Assembly (NCBI GenBank): GCA_018238375.1
Contig: JABCTJ010000129.1
Location: 1 to 50,540, forward strand
DNA from: Candidatus Thorarchaeota archaeon
GTDB lineage: Archaea > Asgardarchaeota > Thorarchaeia > Thorarchaeales > Thorarchaeaceae
Length of the DNA stretch: 50,540 bases
Direction: 5' to 3'
Shown one piece after another: positions 46,256 to 50,540 of this stretch. The notes beneath the pieces were generated by a model. That model saw nothing but the letters and a program-made list of their open reading frames with translations. It searched no databases and was not told where the DNA came from. The stretch's first letter is position 1. Each line of letters opens with the position of its first letter. The position numbers and the translations under genes were made by a program.

Positions 46256-47626
46256 CTACAATCCCTTGACGTAGAGTTGTGAAGCTGTCTTGAAGACATC
46301 CTCAACTCCCTCTCCTGTCAAGCATGACGTTTCAAGGAACGCTACTGGATGAAGCCGCCCATCCTTACCAAGCTTCTTTGCCAGCTCTTCTGCAAAAATA
46401 AAAGCTTCGTCTCTGGAAATAGGTGGCTCCTCTGCGTCCTCATCGGAATCGCTTCTGAGGTCCGTCTTGTTACCCACAATGATTATCGGAGGAAGGCCCT
46501 CGATGGTAGATGATGCTTCCTTCAACCAGAATTCCAGACTCTGAAAGCTCCATCTGTCTGACGCTGAATAGACAATTATCAACGCGTCAGCTCCTTCATA
46601 GAACTCCCTTCTGGCAATATCCATCCGTACAGCCTCGTCAAACGACCAGACATTGAGCATGACCCGGTGATCGACTAGCTCGAAGAGTCTCTCGTGAATG
46701 TATTGTATAGTCTGGGGCGGTTCTGATTCCTTTTCCTCAATCATAGGCTCTAGTCCAGCCTTTTCTAGGAGGCTTCCCTTACCTACCCCATCCTCTCCAA
46801 GGATTATTGCCTTGGCCGTCACTGTAGGCGTGATTACATGCTTGGGAGTAGATACTTTCTTGGCAGCTTTTTCCTCAGGCGCTTGAGCCCATGTTATTTC
46901 TGGCTCTGCAAGTTGCTCCTCTTTGGCTTCGAGGCCCTCTGGATCAACCGGCGTTTCAGAATTGGGTGTAGAAATTACTTCTTCCGTTAGAGAGTTGAGT
47001 GGGATTACGGCTGGGGTAGTCGAGTGTGAACCTGCTGCGGCCTCAACAACTTCGCTCCCCCGTAGGCTAATGCGTATCCCCTGGGCCTTGTCCATCTTCT
47101 TGCTTTGTTTTACACTGGCGGCCATGAATGAATCACTCATGGACTCAACGACTGATAGTGCTTCTGTAATGTCCTTGAAATCATGCTTGCTCATTGTTAC
47201 TACTTCTATTTCCGGAGGTTCAATTTCAGGACTCTTGATGAATTTAGCTGCCGCTGGCTCCTCTTTCACAGTCTGTATTTCAATTGCAGGTGGTGCTTTA
47301 GGCTGAGGTTTGGGCTCCTCCTCCACCACAACTGCCCTCGTTTCCGGAACTCCTATCCGGATCATAGTATCTTTCAAGATTCCTGGAGGGAGCCTCTTGC
47401 CTAAGAATAGGAAATATTTCTGCAATTCAATTTGCATATCATTGAAGGTTTTGTCTTTCAAAGGAATCTTCTTTTTGATAATGCCTTTGTCGCGAACTTC
47501 AATGTAACTGGGAAGGAGTGTTAGCGAGATTGTTGTTCCAGGCACTATCAAGTTTCGTTGACCCTCATGTATACCGGTAATTTCCCTTTGATTGCTGAGA
47601 GATAACCTTTTCGTCGATAGAGTCAA
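46256..47626 (-). CDS. Ras/Rab-like small GTPase domain protein with a ~270-aa N-terminal extension
   Basis: 456 aa. The C-terminal domain (about 46256-46816) has a P-loop GEDGVGKGS, YEGADALIIVYS, WSFQSLEFW, G4 GNKTDL and G5 LETSCL. The N-terminal ~100-aa domain is followed by an E/P/A-rich low-complexity linker. Confidence 0.8.
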   Translation of the reverse strand: MTLSTKRLSLSNQREITGIHEGQRNLIVPGTTISLTLLPSYIEVRDKGIIKKKIPLKDKTFNDMQIELQKYFLFLGKRLPPGILKDTMIRIGVPETRAVVVEEEPKPQPKAPPAIEIQTVKEEPAAAKFIKSPEIEPPEIEVVTMSKHDFKDITEALSVVESMSDSFMAASVKQSKKMDKAQGIRISLRGSEVVEAAAGSHSTTPAVIPLNSLTEEVISTPNSETPVDPEGLEAKEEQLAEPEITWAQAPEEKAAKKVSTPKHVITPTVTAKAIILGEDGVGKGSLLEKAGLEPMIEEKESEPPQTIQYIHERLFELVDHRVMLNVWSFDEAVRMDIARREFYEGADALIIVYSASDRWSFQSLEFWLKEASSTIEGLPPIIIVGNKTDLRSDSDEDAEEPPISRDEAFIFAEELAKKLGKDGRLHPVAFLETSCLTGEGVEDVFKTASQLYVKGL

Positions 47627-47720
47627 CCATCTCTAATATACCTTGCAATAAATACCCCAATGCGGGCTGGACAGAAAGAATTATGACTGTCTTGAAGTCA
47701 GTAGGCGGCAGGTCTAGAGC

Positions 47721-48281
47721 ATGACAGACATAGATTTCCTTGAATATGTTGAAGTGATTCATGATTGGCCGGAGCAAGGCAGTGCTGTTTGTGATGTTAG
47801 TCGTTTACTTGAACATCCCAACATCTTTCATGAAGCTGTTGTTACCCTTGCGAAGCCCTTTGTTGAACTACAACCAAACAAGGTGGTAGGCATCGGACAG
47901 AGAGGAATTGCTCTTGCTAGCGCTATTGCCTATTACTTGGGCTGCGGCATAGTGCCCGCATATTCCATTAGGGATGTTCCCGAGGACTGCAGCCGAAAGA
48001 TAAAGTGGTTGCCTGCCAGTAGATTTGCAGATGCTAAGCTTGGACTGGTAGCTGAATCAATTGATCCTGGAGATAGAGTCATAATCATCGACGATTGGCT
48101 CATTAAGGGAAAAACAGTTTTTGTGGTATTGAAGACCATCAAGAATCTCAAAGCTTCGGTAGTAGGTGTTGCGTGTGTTATCAACAACCTCTCTGAAGCG
48201 AGTAGAAAGAAGCTGGGCAGACCTGAAGTGTACTCGCTCATCAAGGACCTTGAACCGCAAGCATTCAAATCCGATAAGTAG
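47721..48281 (+). CDS. apt: adenine phosphoribosyltransferase
   Basis: 186 aa. DWPEQGSAVCDVSRLLEHPNIF matches the APRT N-terminal DFPxxGIxFxDIxxLL pattern. The PRPP-binding loop is RVIIIDDWLIKGKT. Confidence 0.8.
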   Translation: MTDIDFLEYVEVIHDWPEQGSAVCDVSRLLEHPNIFHEAVVTLAKPFVELQPNKVVGIGQRGIALASAIAYYLGCGIVPAYSIRDVPEDCSRKIKWLPASRFADAKLGLVAESIDPGDRVIIIDDWLIKGKTVFVVLKTIKNLKASVVGVACVINNLSEASRKKLGRPEVYSLIKDLEPQAFKSDK

Positions 48282-48305
48282 AACGGTGTTGAAAAAAGAA
48301 GCGTA

Positions 48306-48345
48306 GGAGCTTGAGGCTGCGATTGCCTCAGCAGCTCCTATTTTT
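48306..48345 (+). terminator. hairpin plus T-tract downstream of apt
   Basis: GGAGCT(48306-11)/AGCTCC(48333-38) and GAGGC(48313-17)/GCCTC(48325-29) form a stem with a 7-nt loop, followed by TATTTTT (48339-45). Archaeal termination typically uses oligo-T tracts. The hairpin overlaps the 3' end of the convergent pseudogene. Confidence 0.35.
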
Positions 48346-48782
48346 GCTCCATTCTGTCTGGCCGCGTAGCTCCCTTCGTAGCACCTTGCCGACCATTGTC
48401 TTAGGCAGGGTGACAACAATCTTGAAGTCTGTTGGTATCTTGTAGACTGCCATCTTTTCCCTGCCAAAGTTTCGCATCTTCTTTGAAGTGAGAGTCCGAC
48501 TTGGTTCTACTACAACGAAATCTTTGACTGTTTTGCCTCTCTTCTCGTCTGGAATGCCAATGACTGCTACTTCGTGAATCTTGGGATGCTCAAAGAGGAC
48601 TTCCTCGACATCGTTGGGCCACACCTTTACGCACTGGCGTTGATGAGGTCTTTCTTTCGGTTAACAATGTACGTCCACCCATCCTCATCCATCTTTGCTA
48701 TGTCACCAGTGATTAGCCATCCGTCAGACAGACATGAGAATGCACGCGACCAGTTTAGAAATAGAGATGCCTTTCTTTGCAG
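48328..48782 (-). pseudogene. 5'-truncated, frameshifted remnant of an AMP-dependent acyl-CoA synthetase/ligase (C-terminal ~150 aa only)
   Basis: One frame reads ...[32 protein letters not shown]-stop (stop at 48627-48629). The next frame continues [41 protein letters not shown]...YKIPTDFKIVVTLPKTMVGKVLRRELRG. These are the A8-A10 core motifs of adenylate-forming enzymes. No N-terminal AMP-binding domain exists upstream. Confidence 0.7.
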
Positions 48783-48854
48783 CTAACCCGCCAGCATTTT
48801 TCTAATTCGCCCTAGCTCGTTTGACTTCACAATGCTACAGAGCTTCGAGATTGA

Positions 48855-49787
48855 CTATTCAGGTGGAGAAACGTAAACCTCAAAGACTCCAGACCATATG
48901 TCACTACTTGATTCTGGTTTGATCAATAAATCTCCGCCGAAGTTTGCACCAACTGGTTTAGCCTTGGTCTTTTTCCAAATATCTGCGAAGATGAGCGAGT
49001 GCACTTTGTTTTGGAAATCCTCGGTGACACGTGATATAGCCACATCTAGGTGAGCCGAATCGATTCCGTATTGACTGAGATCTGCAGTTGTTCTGAACAG
49101 ACGTTCCTCGTTCACGGCGCCTATGGTCTTGTCGAATGTGTATCCAATGCCTCCAGCTAAGTAAAACACTCTCATTGGAATCCGTCTTTCTTCTTCAACC
49201 ACGACAAGTTTTCGATTACTGAGCAAGATGTATTCCGGATTAGACATGGCGAACGAGATTGAGGCCGCTTCAACAGTCACATCATCCATCTTCAGGGTTT
49301 TACTCAGGAAATAGCCTATCTCGATTACTTGCTTATCGAATCTAAAGGGTTCGAAATTATCAGTATACATCACATTTCGAGCCTTGCGCAGTATGACATC
49401 AACAATCCTTTGACATTGTTTGAGGAACTGCACCCTTTCGTCCTTTCGACTAAGTATCCTTCCTATAGATATCACAACACGTAGGAAATCGAGGTTCTTG
49501 AAGTTCGAGAGAATGGTTCTACTCAGGTATGTCTTGCTGCCAGCCTCTAGGAATCCTTCTTCTCTTGCTACTTTCTCAGGTATCGGATTCCCCATGTAGA
49601 CCTGAGTCATTGCTTTCCTGCGCTTTGCCTTGAAAAAAACGCCCACATCTAGACCACGACGGGGCAAGTCGAGAAGCTGTCTCACAAAGGGGCCATCTGG
49701 AACAATCTCCCTTGCCTGCGCTTTCTGGTACATCTGCGTATACTTTGCAAATAAATCGGCTCGCGACATCCTCCAATCAACCCGCAA
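48855..49787 (-). CDS. hypothetical protein
   Basis: 310-aa ORF with normal globular composition. I recognise no motif. Confidence 0.6.
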   Translation of the reverse strand: MRVDWRMSRADLFAKYTQMYQKAQAREIVPDGPFVRQLLDLPRRGLDVGVFFKAKRRKAMTQVYMGNPIPEKVAREEGFLEAGSKTYLSRTILSNFKNLDFLRVVISIGRILSRKDERVQFLKQCQRIVDVILRKARNVMYTDNFEPFRFDKQVIEIGYFLSKTLKMDDVTVEAASISFAMSNPEYILLSNRKLVVVEEERRIPMRVFYLAGGIGYTFDKTIGAVNEERLFRTTADLSQYGIDSAHLDVAISRVTEDFQNKVHSLIFADIWKKTKAKPVGANFGGDLLIKPESSSDIWSGVFEVYVSPPE

Positions 49788-49988
49788 GTTCTACATTCTC
49801 ATGTTCAGCTTTATTATCTCTTCGGATTCTGATGCTGGCAAATCTACCGATGATTTCTACGGGTACTTTCAATAATCGACTGGACTCTTGACGGAACGTA
49901 TAAAGAGGCCAATGTATGGAGAAAGTCCCGTACTGTTCCAAACATTCCAGCCGTCCGCGGGGCTTGAAACAAGAATGAGGTAGTCCAA

Positions 49989-50291
49989 ATGGAACGAAGG
50001 ATGAAAGGGTTCTCTTTTGCAATACTAGGCATTTCGCTTTTTCTAATTTCTTTAATGCTAATGTTACAGATTCCGGACTTCTATCTCGGATCTCTACTGA
50101 CCATGTTTATCGCTGTGGTGCTTATTGGTCTTGGAGGTGCCATAGCAAAGGGGTATGACATAAAGCTTGAAACGACAGCAGAGGAATGCTACTTCTGCAA
50201 AGGCTCAGGAAGGATTGAGGTAATAGAGGGTTCTGACTTTTGCCCTAGATGTGGGGGTACAGGTAAAGCAATAACCAAGGATTCAACTTAG
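49989..50291 (+). CDS. small membrane protein with a C-terminal DnaJ-type CxxCxGxG zinc-finger pair
   Basis: 100 aa with two N-terminal TM helices, then CYFCKGSG-x11-CPRCGGTG. Confidence 0.6.
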   Translation: MERRMKGFSFAILGISLFLISLMLMLQIPDFYLGSLLTMFIAVVLIGLGGAIAKGYDIKLETTAEECYFCKGSGRIEVIEGSDFCPRCGGTGKAITKDST

Positions 50292-50353
50292 TGACTACTC
50301 CGATCTCTGGATTTCGTCACATGTGAGGTTGTTTGGATTTGAGAGAGAAACTA

Positions 50354-50540
50354 GTGATCGCACATCGTGGAGCATCTGGCTATGCACCTGAAAACACTCT
50401 GAAGGCGTTCAGAACTGCTTGGGAAATGAGCGCTGACATGTTTGAACTTGATGTGCAGGAAACCTCAGACGGTCGTCTTGTGTGCATTCACGATTTCGAG
50501 TTGCCTAGGACAACAAATGGTGAAGGTTACGTTGGAGAGC
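50354..50540 (+). CDS. glycerophosphodiester phosphodiesterase (N-terminal fragment, runs off window)
   Basis: My translation from GTG 50354 is [62 protein letters not shown], with the canonical GDPD HRG...ENT...E-D...D motifs. In-frame TTG at 50333 or 50339 are alternative starts. Confidence 0.8.
   Translation, partial: MIAHRGASGYAPENTLKAFRTAWEMSADMFELDVQETSDGRLVCIHDFELPRTTNGEGYVGE

Noticed and set aside
49777-50032. Minus-strand ORFs 49777-50022 and 49844-50032 in the 200-bp spacer between the 48855-49787 gene and the DnaJ-zinc-finger mini-protein.
   Set aside because: They overlap each other and the start of the plus-strand gene, have poor composition and no SD, and most likely lie in a divergent promoter region.
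1-50540. Search for CRISPR arrays, IS elements, integrases, prophage genes, toxin-antitoxin pairs or restriction-modification/defence genes.
   Set aside because: I saw no direct-repeat/spacer periodicity and no transposase, integrase or recombinase motifs. I also saw no helicase, nuclease or methyltransferase signatures typical of defence islands. The only sign of rearrangement is the truncated acyl-CoA synthetase remnant.

Overview
Gene-dense, apparently chromosomal archaeal window with about 48 protein-coding genes. I found no rRNA, tRNA, CRISPR array, transposase or integrase. Archaeal hallmarks include type-2 IPP isomerase, the ADP-forming acetyl-CoA synthetase alpha subunit, an archaeal-type AsnRS, A/T-rich TATA-like boxes about 25-50 nt upstream of starts, and short Shine-Dalgarno motifs. 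Several eukaryote-like signalling or scaffold genes are also present: a Rab/Ras-like small GTPase, a WD40 plus coiled-coil protein, a TPR protein, a C2H2 zinc finger and a divergent FtsZ/tubulin-superfamily GTPase. I infer an Asgard-type archaeon of moderate GC, but I cannot verify this without searches. Most of the window is housekeeping or metabolism: MBL hydrolase, amidohydrolase, HDAC, Sir2, carbamate kinase, RidA, crotonase, SDR epimerase, lactate-permease-like transporter, TrmO, OYE/2,4-dienoyl-CoA-reductase-like flavoenzyme, site-2 protease, AsnRS, APRT and GDPD. The best candidate for an undescribed system is the minus-strand operon at 11686-16860. It encodes an 898-aa coiled-coil protein, then a 464-aa divergent FtsZ/tubulin-like GTPase (GGGTGCGG signature), then a 354-aa helical protein, with tightly coupled stops and starts. 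It is transcribed divergently from a WD40/coiled-coil gene that is followed by a TPR gene. A second notable block at 36211-44917 is a PadR plus DUF1700/HAAS-like membrane sensor operon driving two ABC ATPases and two giant FtsX-type permeases; one ATPase carries an AbrB/SpoVT-like tail. Other points are a small GTPase with degenerate G1/G3 motifs, a frameshifted 5'-truncated acyl-CoA synthetase remnant, and several Cys-motif proteins. All family assignments come from motif recognition by eye. No database search, structure prediction or statistics were run.
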